Shown: piece by piece, positions 1 to 11,799 of the stretch
How the letters are laid out: each line of letters opens with the position of its first letter
Position numbering within the stretch: position 1 is the stretch's first letter
From: Trichoplax sp. H2
Lineage: Eukaryota
Assembly: GCA_003344405.1 (NCBI GenBank)
Contig: NOWV01000229.1
Coordinates: 62,001-106,124, forward strand
Length of the DNA: 44,124 nt
Reading direction: 5' to 3'
Translations under genes and position numbers: made by a program
The notes under the pieces: generated by a model
Seen by the model: the letters and a program-made list of their open reading frames with translations, nothing else
The model's database searches: none
Told to the model about the DNA's origin: nothing

Positions 1-63
1 ATAAATAGATATCCTAGAACAAATCACAAATCGCTACAAGGCCATTTGTTGCCCTTTTCTTAG

Positions 64-953
64 GTACCACAAAATGAAGATGAATGGTACCAGATTGCTA
101 AAGAATTCCATAATCGTTGCAACTTTCCTAACTGTATAGGCGCATTAGACGGCAAGCATATAACCTTACAAGCGCCTAAAAATAGTGGTAGCTTATATTA
201 TAATTACAAGCAAACGTTCAGCATCGTCTTGCTGGCTTTAGTCGATGCTAAGTGTAACTTTACATATATTGATGTGGGGTGTCAAGGGAGGATATCCGAT
301 GGTGGTATTTTTCGAAATTGTAGTCTATATCAAGGCCTACTCGATAATACAATCCATATACCACCGGATATACCTTTACCTAGTAAAACAACTCCTATGC
401 CGTTTGTTGTTGTAGCTGATGATGCATTTCCACTTAAACGTTGCATCATGAAACCTTTTACTGGGAGATATGAAGAAGGTAAGTGAAACAGTCTTGATAC
501 CAGGAATTTACTGGACTTGCCATCAAGGGCAAATTTTTTCGCCAATTCTAGCTAATCAACCCTACGTAATTAGGCTCAAAAGAGCGAATATTTAATTATA
601 GATTGTCACGAGCACGCAGTGCAGTAGAAAATGCCTTTGGTATCCTATCCAGTGTTTTCCGCATATTTAGGAAACCGTTATGTGTTCACCCTGAGAAAGC
701 AATTAAAATTGTTCGTGCTTGCGTAGCATTGCATAATTTCAAACGACGAAATGTCACATGGCAATCATTATCTTGCAAAGAAGCCAACCAGAATCCAGGT
801 TACAAGTATCCATGGTTAAGAAATGCATCTGGAATAACAAGAAAGAAGAAAGCCAAAACTACTCGTAAGGATAATAACACTGAAGCTAAAGATGTTCGAA
901 ATCTTTTTGCTTATTTTTTCGCCCAAAGAGATGTAAATGGATCAGATATATAG
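64..953 (+). CDS. PIF/Harbinger-family DDE transposase (HARBI1-like), last two exons; 5' part lies outside the window
   Basis: Exons 64-478 and 574-953, joined by a GT-AG intron at 479-573, read in frame: VPQNEDEWYQIAKEF..NFPNCIGALDGKH..YYNYKQTFSIVLLALVDA..VGCQGRISDGGIF..VADDAFPL..IMKPF..ERIFNYRLSRARSAVENAFGIL. The catalytic D (148-150), D (418-420) and E (627-629) are present. Acceptor AG at 62-63. Confidence 0.93.
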
Positions 954-1414
954 AATTAATATATATTATGACAATATTTAAGTTAAGCAGGAGCTTGTTA
1001 GTGATGATTTGAAATCACTTTTCGTGAATCGTGGAATGAAGCATGGTAATGTCTGAGCACATCGATAATCTCGAAGTAGCTAAACAGTATGTACTAGCTT
1101 TACCTACAGAATCCGTTGGCATTATGAGCATACTAATCAAGCCATTATATTCCTAAGTTAAACTATGAACAATCTAAAACTATATATTGGGATCATATAC
1201 TAAGTGTGCTGGCTTTGCGTTTGTTAACAAACCGTTATACACTAACTTTACTCAAATTTTGCACGACAAATTTAGTAAGGAATCGAAATAGAAATAGGAG
1301 ACCTTGAATAATAAATGAGTGTTTGTTAAATAGTCAAGATGATATACGAGATGATCATATAGATTTGAATAGAGAATGTTTGCAAGTTAAATTGGATATT
1401 GTAAAGTCGATATT

Positions 1415-2035
1415 GTTCATTTACTGTATAACCAAAATAAATTAGTGCCTTATTATAAATTTCTATGACAAGCTGTTATAAAACTGATTTTTACAGGGCG
1501 AAATAAGATAAGAGATGTAAGCCTTGAAATTAGATTTAGCTACTATATAGGTTTACGTACTTCATCGTTATTCATTTCTACCATAATATATTAGTTACAA
1601 TAACAAATTGCCATTGCAAGCTGTTATAAGATTGAATTTTATAGGGCAAAATAAGACAAGTAATACTAGCCTTGAAATCAGATATAGCTGCTAATCAGTT
1701 TTATATACCTTAGTGTTGCTCATTTACAGTATAACCAACGTAAATGGGTTATTTATTACAAGTATCCATGCCAAAGTGTTATAAAATTGCAATTTATAAT
1801 ACGAAATAATACAAGCGATATTTGTACTGGAATTTTTTATAGCTACTGAATAGGTTTAAATGGAGAATAATTGCTCGTTAAATTTGAGTATTTTACCGCG
1901 TACATCGCTCATTTATAATCAAAATAAATTAGCTGGTTTATTGCAAATTTCCAAGAAAAAGAGGAAAATTAAATTATATAGAGTGAAAAGAGACAAGTAA
2001 TATAAGCCTTGAAAATAAGCTATAGCTACGAATAT
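1415..2035. repeat. Diverged tandem repeat, about 4 copies of a 150-bp unit
   Basis: AGCTGTTATA at 1471 and 1619 (variant at 1775); GCCTTGAAA at 1521, 1669 and 2006; a related AAATAAGA(C/T)AAG block recurs in each copy. Confidence 0.8.
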
Positions 2036-2397
2036 TAAATGCTACGCTAAGGATTAAATAAATATCAGTAATCAATTTCTCTAATTCAATTGTTGTTAGA
2101 GGATTTCAAATATCAGTTCTTATTTAGATGTCGTACGAGATTAAACACTGAGTATCGTATAAAGTGCAGGCATTCACAACCTAATGAGTCGAAATATATT
2201 TGTATATTGAAATTGTTTGCAAAAAATAATTATGATAATGCTATTATAATCATTCTATCTTCAAATTGCACTGGACAATCACAACTTATTTCGTATACGC
2301 AAAAAAAACATGCCAAGAGTATCGATAAATTTTTCTTGCCATTGCCCTATACAAATTATTTACACGTACGTTATCTACAGACAGAAATTGAACAGAA

Positions 2398-2682
2398 TTA
2401 TTTGCCGGACTCCTTAGATATCATCTTGAAAATAACTTCACAAATTTTAAGTTTCGCCAACTCGACAGTGTGTACATCATCGATTCTGCGTAGCTGCGTA
2501 GCTATGTATGCACCAAATATATCCATTTGATCTTCAGATTTTTTCTTCTTAGTTACATGCATGATTTCATAAGCTTCCATTAACATCATATCGATAGATG
2601 GCTGTCTTTTACGCTCTGTTTTACATTCTGATACAAAATTGCTAGGCGAAGAAATTTCATTATTGCCACGTGTCAGTTTCGC
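2398..2682 (-). CDS. Terminal exon with a BESS-like motif; probable MADF/Myb-type accessory protein of the Harbinger element (5' exons not found)
   Basis: Acceptor TATAG ending at 2683, then open to the stop at 2398: ..KKKKSEDQMDIFGAYIATQLRRIDDVHTVELAKLKICEVIFKM.., resembling the BESS-type C-terminal helix pattern of MADF proteins. Convergent with the transposase. Confidence 0.6.
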   Translation of the reverse strand, partial: AKLTRGNNEISSPSNFVSECKTERKRQPSIDMMLMEAYEIMHVTKKKKSEDQMDIFGAYIATQLRRIDDVHTVELAKLKICEVIFKMISKESGK

Positions 2683-2899
2683 CTATACAGATTTTATAGC
2701 AAACTATTTATAAACAACTAGAATGATAAATACCCGTTGGTGAACCATAAGCATTTAATTATTTGAACATATCTGATCATAGACAAGTAAGATATTCAAT
2801 AAGAGCTAACTTACCATCAAAATAAGCTATTGGTTTAACTACAGCTTTCTTTCAGTAATCATGTGGGTTCAGATAGCTGCGAATATCAGAGAAAAGCAT

Positions 2900-5800
2900 C
2901 AATCACGGCTAACCATAAATCATTAAATACAAAATCTTATGTAGATTGCTTTCGTATAACATCATAATTATCTTCTATCCTACCTGTTTCTCTTACAAAT
3001 ACCGTCTTAAACTATTTGAAATCTAAAATTTTTTTCTTTTTATGTGCCCTTAATATCCCTATAACTGTTTATGATTGCTTTACCTGCACAAATGTCTGAT
3101 AATGAAATATCAAAGATTATTCTTGAGTGAATAATGCTCGTAATAAAATTTTCAATATCGTGCACTACCAGAATCACTCAATTAATACAGATACAAATAA
3201 TGAAAGTAATAAATTATAATCACAAGTTGTTATCTAGCAAAATGAAATTAATTAACTGTTCACAGCTTCAGGCAATTAACATCTGGAAAGTAATAAACAT
3301 TTATGGAGCTTCACATGCACCGTAATAATTATGTAATAGTGTTTTAAGCATAATGGAACAAGAAAGCATGCAAGTAAAATTTCAAAATTAATATCCGTAT
3401 TAATGCTGATTCTTAACATATTCTGTCGTATTTACATATCCTTTATAAATAATAATAAGAAAAGTCAAGTCCAAATTTCTATATATACCTATAAATAATA
3501 AAATGAGTATACTTGGATATAATTTTTACGTATACTCTAACGTTTATGCATTGCTCTATCATGTCTTTCGCACTTAACGTATTGAATATCTTTGCCATAA
3601 TTATCCTCAATCTTGTCCTTGAAACTATGACGAGCAGCAGCAGTGACAACACTTTTATATTTGGCACCTACATCAGAAATAAACGTAAAAATGTAGTGAA
3701 ATATTTCAAACGGATAACGAATCAAGTATGATGGTTTATTCATAAATTTACCTTACATTGCCCAATTCATAAAGACATTATCGTATCTCTATGGATAATA
3801 CAAATGGTAAAAATTAGTCTTCTAAACTTTATAACTAGCTCACATTATAACAATAGGATATGTTAGCAAACAAAAATTGCTGTAGAGTCGAGACTTATAA
3901 TGAGAACTTTATTTATTATCGCGAATAAATAAAAGATTTGCACTTTTGATGATCAACATCTAGTATACGAGCCAATTCTACAATTACAGATTAAAAGTAT
4001 TAAAGTATGTTGATAATGGGGAATATCTTAAACATATTTTGCTCAGAACATATAGTATTATAGATTTTTAGTAAATAAACAAGTTTAAAATTGGATTGCA
4101 ATCAATAGAATTTAAAAAGCTTTTCATTGAACAAGACTTTGACATAACCAATATTGAATTATTATATATCGTACCATTATTCTCGAGATTAATTTTTCCG
4201 GAAATTAATTCCCAATAGTTTAGAAGGGATAAAACAGGCCTAATTTTATACTTCAAATGGATGCTTTAAAGGTTATTTTATTATTTCAAGGTGCCACAAA
4301 ACAGCTTTGCAACAAGATAACGCAATATACGATCAATAATTCAATTCCTTGAATCACGTATCAAGGAACGATATCTGCACTATCACAAACACTCTTGCTC
4401 TACTATCAGACTACACAAAGACTTAAACGCCTCGTATTTTACGTTAAACACTAAGTTGGAGAATCCTCATTATTACACGATATGCTGCATTTATATACTG
4501 TTTCTCAATAGTTCATGAGTCATCGTTAGTGCGATTAAGTTTGGAATCATTTACTGAATTAGGTATTAACTTTAGCTTCTGCTCCCATAATGCAAACAAC
4601 AGTATTTACGAACATAGACATCTGATGACTAATACAGAATAGTCAGATTACGATATGTCCTATCACGGAACATTTCCATGATAATTTACAATCTACCATA
4701 AGTAAGTTACAATCACAATGATTCGAACTGTAAGTAGATAATTCGCATTCCCTAATGTAACTTTTATTTTCAGTATATGTATATGTGTCACTGTCATAAA
4801 AAGTCAGTGCTATATTAAAACACAGTATATCCTAATTAGAAGTTAGCTAAATAAGGATAGGCTAACAGAATTATCCTAACATAGGAATTTCTACTCTAAT
4901 ACAGTATATAACACTATCACACAAGGTTTACTTTCTAGTCTAATGTCGATAATGATTAGGGATTCATTGCAAGTTCTGAAGAATTAGACTAGATCCTCTC
5001 GAAAGCTAAATTATGATACCGTTTAAAGATTAATCTAGCAATTATAAAAATTATAAAAATTGTAAATTTAATTAGATCAATTTATATATAACCTGAATGA
5101 ACCAAAGTTCTAATTTGTTTCGGTAGGAATGAATAATTATGCTCTTATCTAATTTCTTCAGGAAATACTGTAATGCAAATTTATGATTCCAACAATTGTG
5201 TAATTCAGAATTAATTACAATGAGCTTATACTGTACACAAATTTGAAAGCCTTAAAATTATGATTTAGACTAAAACACCTTACACATCTTATTGTGATTG
5301 ATTTAAGCATTTCTGTTACCAGATAAAATTTAAAAAAATTTTTTACTTTCAATTCCGAATGATTAGTCATTGATAAAATTGAGTCAATCAATATTATTAA
5401 TATGAGCGATATTTGCATGACTGAAATTTCAAATTCAAACTGTTTTGGATCATGTTGAGATCTTTGATAAGATTGTTCTTGAATAGAAGCAAACCTACAG
5501 AACGTTATTCAGTACTAATTTTAGGCTTTAATCAATAGCATTTAAAGGTAATTTTAGGACATAAACTCTGATTTAGACGTATACAAACTGATAAAGTGTA
5601 ACCAAGCTGAAGATTTTTTTAGAGAGTGATTTTACCATATTTAAAGCGATTAGAATAACTTTTGAAATTTCAAAGTCATGCCGACTTAAGAACACCCACA
5701 ACAGATTTAAGTTCTGGATTATGTCCATTGATGACACAACGAGGTAATCGTCAAAGCTTTCTATCTGGGGCTTACTTTTCCAAAAAATTCGTGCCAAGAA

Positions 5801-6050
5801 GGCTTAGATCACGGTAAAAGCCAATGAGCTTGTGATAAAATACGATCACCAAAATTTCAAAGTTATATAAAATTAGAACTTTATTAGATCTAATACAAAG
5901 ACTAGCTACATACAGCTCTACTCTAGCCGAATACAACTACTGAAAGACTTCTAGAAAGAACAATCAGATAATCTAATGTCTCCTACTTTTATACTCTCCG
6001 TAGCCTTTTGCAGTTACAATTAGCATAGCAGCATTCTACCATATTTTATA
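2900..6050 (-). pseudogene. Decayed intronless LRR-containing GPCR (LGR-like), relic 1
   Basis: Ordered minus-strand remnants: LRRNT CCYANCNC (6010-6033) and LSDCSF (5954-5971); LRRs VASLCIRSNKV (5877-5909), SFLPKQIRTL (5103-5132), RNLTILY* (4629-4652), MRILQLSV* (4444-4470), EAFKSLCSL (4407-4433), QISFLDT*FKELNY*SYIALS (4315-4377); hinge KCCHCCCS (3631-3654); then one frame SCEQLINFILLDNNL*L*FITFIICICIN*VILVV..IIFDISLSDICAG (3082-3267), i.e. pre-TM1, TM1 and TM2. Confidence 0.75.
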
Positions 6051-6317
6051 CATATTCAGCTTATTATTAGTTACCATATTTTACAGCGAACCATCTCTAA
6101 TCCAATCAAGAAATGATTGCAGTATTTTCATAGACATCATTCCTACCACTTAAAGTACTATGAACTAAGCATATCCTAATATATAATTTACAATTTTATT
6201 TCTACGCCTAACCTAATTAGTAGTTCGACACCTTACTATATATATTCATCTGTACACTGGCATAGAGTCTACTCTTACAGTCTGTAATTATGGGCTACTA
6301 CATATATCACAAGATAA

Positions 6318-6600
6318 ATATAGAAAAATGTTAACAAACATCAAACTAAATATGGCTAATAGTCTACAATCACAATACTAAATTACTTTACAGAGTAATA
6401 AGAAAATTTCTCTTCCAATATGCCATGGAATCCAAATAAAAATATCACAAGGTAAATAGCAAAGATAAGCTTTAAATCTTAATGTATGAAATTGATTGAT
6501 CAATTGAATAACCATGAGGAAATTTCAGAGAAATGTTCAAAAATACGGTTGCAAAGCCTTTGTGCAAATGCAAAAGAATACGATATGTCGAATAGTTTAC
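6318..6600 (-). pseudogene. Decayed class A GPCR TM5-TM7 fragment, possibly the 3' half of relic 2
   Basis: YRILLHLHK (6559-6585, TM5 end); SLLFT/DIFIWIP with a 4-nt insertion (6426-6465; compare LGR TM6 LIFTDFxCWxP); LAIFSLMFVNIFLY (6318-6359; compare TM7 NPFLY). Spacing fits TM6-TM7. Confidence 0.45.
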
Positions 6601-6727
6601 TTCATAATATCGATTAAAATACAGTTTTGCCATTCTCTGATTTCAATTTATTTCAGATAAAATACATGTGATGTGCTATAAATTAGAAATAATAAAATTT
6701 ACTCTAATTTTTTATCGCTGAATTGAA

Positions 6728-7819
6728 TTATTCGAGAGCAGTATTCCAAACTACTGTAGTAAAGCTTCTAGAGCCCAATCGAGGTATTCTAATAGTGGTA
6801 TTGAACTTATCTCTTCTATCTAATCGGCGGTTACAACATAGACATAATAATATTCGATAAATGCCTTGGGTTATACTCTTGTTGGAGAAACCATAAATAA
6901 TAGGATTAAAGGCAACGGCCGATAAATTAATCATACCTAAGATACGAATGGCTAATCCAACAGTCGTAGGTAAAGGTAAAGGAATTCTTAAATCAGCTAA
7001 CATAACAATAACGTAAAATGGCAAGTTGGTGATGATGAAGATGGCGAAGCATGTTATTAAAGTTTTAATAACACTACGATTTTGTTTCAATTGATTGTAT
7101 TGCTCTCGTAATGTTAAAGTGCTTAGTCGATCACTAGGGTTTCGATGGAACCAAAGTCTTCCAGCAATCATAGAATATAAAACCATCATAGCAAGGCTAG
7201 GTAGTAGAAATGCGATAAGTATAAAGGCAATCCAATAAAGAAGTCGATTAAATGAAATAACGCTGACAAGATTATGATAATTATCGGTTATGTTAATATC
7301 TAAATGAGAACCAGGGTAACGCGATAGATAATATGTGCGACCATAAAAGCTTCTAATATGCAAGAAGAGGATATAAACGGTAGATAAACCAAAAGCTGCA
7401 ATCCAGCATGGTATTAGAAAGACGTAAACTCGCTTACTAGTAATTTTCCAATGCCTCTTCATTGGATAAATGATAGCAATATAACGATCAATACAAATGA
7501 TTATTAAAGTTAGAGAAATACTAATTATACAAGCCCCAGGTATGATTTGCAAGAAACGACAAAAGTGGATAGATTTATTTTGTAGAGAAACTTGACTGGG
7601 ATTCAAATAGCTAGTCAATTTAAATGGAATATGCAATACAGAAATGGCTAAACTAGCTAAAGATAAATTACAAACTAGCAAATTGACTGGTGTTCGTAAA
7701 TCTTTAAAAAAACTTACTGATAATATGATTAATGAATTGGCAGGAATACTGATAATTAGAATAACTACATAGCATAGAAATAAAACAATATTGCCGAAGT
7801 CAAGTTCTTCCATGTTCAT
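6728..7819 (-). CDS. Rhodopsin-family (class A) GPCR, neuropeptide-receptor-like, single coding exon
   Basis: 363-aa ORF with 7 hydrophobic segments: AN in TM1, LRTPVN, IDRY, TM4 W, FLLP in TM5, NPIIY, C-terminal Cys cluster. An in-frame acceptor CAG at 7826-7828 lies just upstream of the ATG. Confidence 0.95.
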   Translation of the reverse strand: MNMEELDFGNIVLFLCYVVILIISIPANSLIILSVSFFKDLRTPVNLLVCNLSLASLAISVLHIPFKLTSYLNPSQVSLQNKSIHFCRFLQIIPGACIISISLTLIIICIDRYIAIIYPMKRHWKITSKRVYVFLIPCWIAAFGLSTVYILFLHIRSFYGRTYYLSRYPGSHLDINITDNYHNLVSVISFNRLLYWIAFILIAFLLPSLAMMVLYSMIAGRLWFHRNPSDRLSTLTLREQYNQLKQNRSVIKTLITCFAIFIITNLPFYVIVMLADLRIPLPLPTTVGLAIRILGMINLSAVAFNPIIYGFSNKSITQGIYRILLCLCCNRRLDRRDKFNTTIRIPRLGSRSFTTVVWNTALE

Positions 7820-7984
7820 TAAACCCTGTATGATGCGTTAACAGAATAATACATGTAAGCGATTGCTGTTAATGAAAACTGTTTTTTTATAACGGTAAAT
7901 AAAATGAAACTTAGATACAAGAATTAGATTTTCTTTAAATTTATAAAATTAGAATCATATCAGTAGTCTGTTCATAAATATTAT

Positions 7985-10780
7985 AAAAGAAAAAGGATCG
8001 AGCAAGTAGTATCCAACAACACCAATGCAGCAATAGTTACTTTTTCTGATGATAATAATGCTAAAGTATCCGTCAATACTACTCTCGATAGAATAGAATG
8101 GCAAGATGTCAAATATTAAGGTTGAAGATGATTAGAAAGCTTTAACTCTGATTTGTTATCGACGATTCTAAATAGCTAATTAAATAGCAGTTCGTGCGGA
8201 ACAGGATTTGATAAAACGATATCGATCATCAAAGTTAAATTCTGTTAAGAAAGTGTAATTTTAAATTCCTTCCATCTGATGATCATTACTTTAATCAAAG
8301 ATAAGAGAGCATCCAATATCATGGACAAACATGGTTACGAAGCTTAAAAAATATATTAAACACTGGTCATTTAATCAAATCAAGATTTAATAAAGCTAGC
8401 ATATTCTATAAAACAAACTTATTGTCAGCAACATAAGAAATTTGGATAAAAATTGATGTTTCCAGATCTTTGTACCTCTATTCTAAATGAAAGATTGCGG
8501 TAATGCCACGTATTCATAGCGTTCCATGAACTTATTGTATGACATTTAATTTGCATTAATCAAATTGATTAACAAGGTTATTGTTTAATGGAATGCTGTC
8601 TTATCTTAATAAATTTAATTAAATAAAACAAAAACGATTGGTTGAATCTTGTCCATTTATACGCTCCAGTTCTTTATTTATCATAGTTGATGTTTTCAAA
8701 TCGTGTGTGTTTACTTGGCTTCCGCCACCCGGAATTTCGTAGCGCTATTCTCTGTACTTAAATTAATAGATATATACAAATTTATATATTTACATATATA
8801 TATATAATAATCACTTTTTCTGCTAACTTTAACGTATTAATTGATTGATACCTTTCTCGTCATCTAATTTACTTAATTAACATGGAAACAATATAAAACC
8901 AGCGATGAGATAGGTGCCTTTTTCTGAATTCAATGCAATGGGTGCTTTTTTCTGCATTCAATGCAATAGGTAGTAACAACATAGAAGGTTAAAAATATTA
9001 TCGTTGCTGGTAGCACAAGGAGAGTCACTTTAAGCATACGGCTATAATTTAGTTTACGTATTTGATTTACAAAATGACATGCTTGATGTAAAATAGTGAA
9101 GTAAAGCTATAGTAGCAAACTGTAAATACTTGTGTTAATTATTTATCACTTAGAATTTTCCAGTTTTATTTTTGCAATCTTAAGTTCCGCTACTTGACAT
9201 CATAAATCGAACTCAATGAAATAATACACCCTGCTCTTCTCATATCATCATTTAATTCTGTTTATTGAAAGCGGCTATCAATCTTAATTTCAGTCATTAA
9301 AAAATACTGACAATTAAAATGTTAGCTATCATTGATCATTTTAATGAAACATTATATATGCGAATCTACTATATTTGACTATAACATATTTGTAAACTTC
9401 AATTTTAAACTCTAAATACGTCAATTACTACACTTTTATTTTAGCTATGATTTCAGATATTACGTATCAAATTTCAATCGTTTTATTATCCATAATTCAA
9501 TTTTCGGAAAATATAACGACTTTAAGGAAGGATTATTTATCTCTAAATCTGCCCTGTATACGGTTTAATATCCGCTCGATGAAACGTCAAGATCAATTAT
9601 ATGAATTATTAAAATATCTAGAATGGAATCGACTTATATGTATAGCAATAATTTTGGTAAAAAGGGATATTTCATATTTATACTTGCTTTGATTTCCATT
9701 TCAGACCCATAATGGCTAATCTGTAAGCACTGAAAACCTTGCAACGACTACTATTAAAGCTGTAATAATATTCTACTAAATAAAATACTTCATTAGTTAA
9801 TAAAATTTGGCCAATATCAATTCCTGCTTTGTATGTCTTCTATTTCAATCATTTTAATGTTGATAATTAAAGTCGTGGCTAGAGTAAAAAATTTCGGATA
9901 AATGATTCATACCGTAATTATTCAATCTCCTTTGAAAAAAATTATTTCATAGGTTAAGACCCATTTAATTCCTATATTAAGCATTTGGCGCTTTTCTCTC
10001 TCCAGTCTTTCTGTAAACAATATAGGTTTTAAATACCCATGAATTGATGCCATTCAATAATTTATGTTTTGTTCTAAATCTTTCTATTAGCACAAGGTCA
10101 CAAACTCTACGGCTTGATACAACATGTAATTTGCTAACGTAAAAGCTTAAAATGGATTCCACTATCCTATTTTGTGCCTGTTGTAAAGCAACTGTCAGGA
10201 TTGATTAGATGGATACTACTCATATAAGTGCTAGTTAATGCAATCAACTCAGAGCTGCTATATAATTGTTCTATTTTGATCATGCAGTACCTATACGCCG
10301 ATAACATTATTCGATTTCGGTAGTGTAATATAATAAAGCATCAATGAACATTTAAAATCTAGATTAAATTGCTCGTGTAAACAGTGATAGTATTTTATAG
10401 CTTGGATTGGTGCTCTGTCTAGTCTATAGCTTAATATAATTACTAGTTCTCCATCAGTAGAGCCATTGAACCCCTCAATAATATACATCGTTATTGGAAA
10501 TAATATTATTTACTGGCAAAAACTAAGTAACAGCACTTTATCCTGTGCTATCAATGAACAGCATACACATCTGATCATTTATCTGCTGATTTCGCTCAAT
10601 TGTCGCTATTGCTACTTAGAATAAGTACAATCGTCTCCGCTAGTAATTCCATCGATTTTCTAAGTACAGATCTTAAGTAATTCTTTATATTTAATACACT
10701 ATTCTAAACGTATATATCATAGTTTCATTAATATCAGCAAGATATCTTTGCAAGTGCTATGAAATAGCTTTGCAACAAAG
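7985..10780 (-). pseudogene. Decayed LRR-GPCR, relic 2 (LRR ectodomain to TM4)
   Basis: LLAETIVLILSSNS (10605-10646); ILSYRLDRAPIQAIKYYHCL (ORF 10291-10488); 24-aa periodicity in KLHVVSSRRVCDLVLIERFRTKHKLLNGINSWVF (ORF 9977-10162); LQGFQCLQISH (9712-9744); SFLKVVIFSEN* (9497-9532); hinge FYPNFLCC* (8425-8451); TM2 QNLTLMIDIVLSNPVP (8197-8244); TM3 SIDGYFSII (8054-8080); TM4 VTIAALV/CWILL with a frameshift (about 8004-8040). Confidence 0.68.
8913..8970. repeat. 28-bp tandem duplication
   Basis: GGTGCCTTTTTCTGAATTCAATGCAATG followed by GGTGCTTTTTTCTGCATTCAATGCAATA. Confidence 0.85.
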
Positions 10781-11014
10781 TAACGTAATTTACGACCTAT
10801 TTTGATGTCGCTGAACTACATATCAGAACTCAATATCTACTCTAACTGCAATACTATTCCTCTTCCAATTAATAAGACTTACATACCTTATAATTTATAT
10901 CAAACACAGATTTTCAAGAACTTAATTTATTACATGATTGTAATAGAATCCTATTTCTAGTCCCACTTTAAATTAGTCACCCAATAATATGTAATTAGTC
11001 TTCCTACTTATTGG

Positions 11015-11500
11015 TTAAAAAGTACTTTATTACTAAAAATTGTTGTTCGATATTACAGTAGTAGAACCTACATAACGTAAACTATAACAACGTAGCCGTT
11101 AAAAATAGTTTATTTTTTTAATTATTGTTTAGCATTACATTAGTAAAAATTAGACAACGTAAACTATGCCAACGTAGCTATTATAATTAGCTTATTACTA
11201 AAAAGTATTTTTGAATATTACAGTTGTAGAACTTTGACAGCGTAAGCTATGCGTTGCAACGTAACGGTTGAAAATAGTTTATTCTAACAATTATTACTGA
11301 GTATTGCTGTAGGAACACTTAGATAGCGTAAGCTATACCAGCATAGAGGTTAAGAATATTTTATTATTAAAAAATTTTGTTAAATATTACAGCAGTAAAA
11401 CTTAAACAACGTAAACTACAAACGTAGCAGTTAAAAATAGTTAATTACAAAAAGTATCGCTGAATATTACAGTAGTAGAACATAAATTACGTAAACTGCA
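11015..11500. repeat. Diverged tandem repeat, about 6 copies of an 83-bp unit
   Basis: CGTAA(A/G)CT recurs at 11076, 11158, 11241, 11327, 11410 and 11490 (periods 80-86), with shared TATTACAGTAGTAGAAC and GTTAAAAATAG blocks. Confidence 0.9.
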
Positions 11501-11799
11501 CGGTATCAACGTACAAGTACCGGCATTTTATTAAAAAACTTAAATTAGATTGTTATAGAATTTTTTTAATAACGATAGGTGGTCAGACTTCATGAGTACT
11601 TTGTGTAAATTTTTAATTTAAATATTGTCCACATTTACGTATATCCTGTCTGTAGGAAAATTTTTTAAATTACTTCATTCTACGTATTTATGGTGACTAA
11701 CTACTTCTACCAATACTTTTACTTGACTTGCCTGCTAAATTTGTAATAGGCGAAGTCAATTTGCCATATGTTCATTTCATTATCATAATTAACATTCAT

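Noticed and set aside
2090..2530. 146-aa plus-strand ORF
   Set aside because: No recognisable motif, TTG start, and it overlaps the better-supported BESS exon on the opposite strand.
2815..3830. Apparent AG..GT mini-exons upstream of the BESS exon
   Set aside because: Most contain stops in every frame; the region is better explained as the hinge/7TM of relic 1.
6213..6359. Signal peptide plus LRRNT reading (LAIFSLMF..LCQCTDEY..IVRC)
   Set aside because: A better LRRNT lies at 5954-6033 and the hydrophobic stretch fits TM7; not fully excluded.
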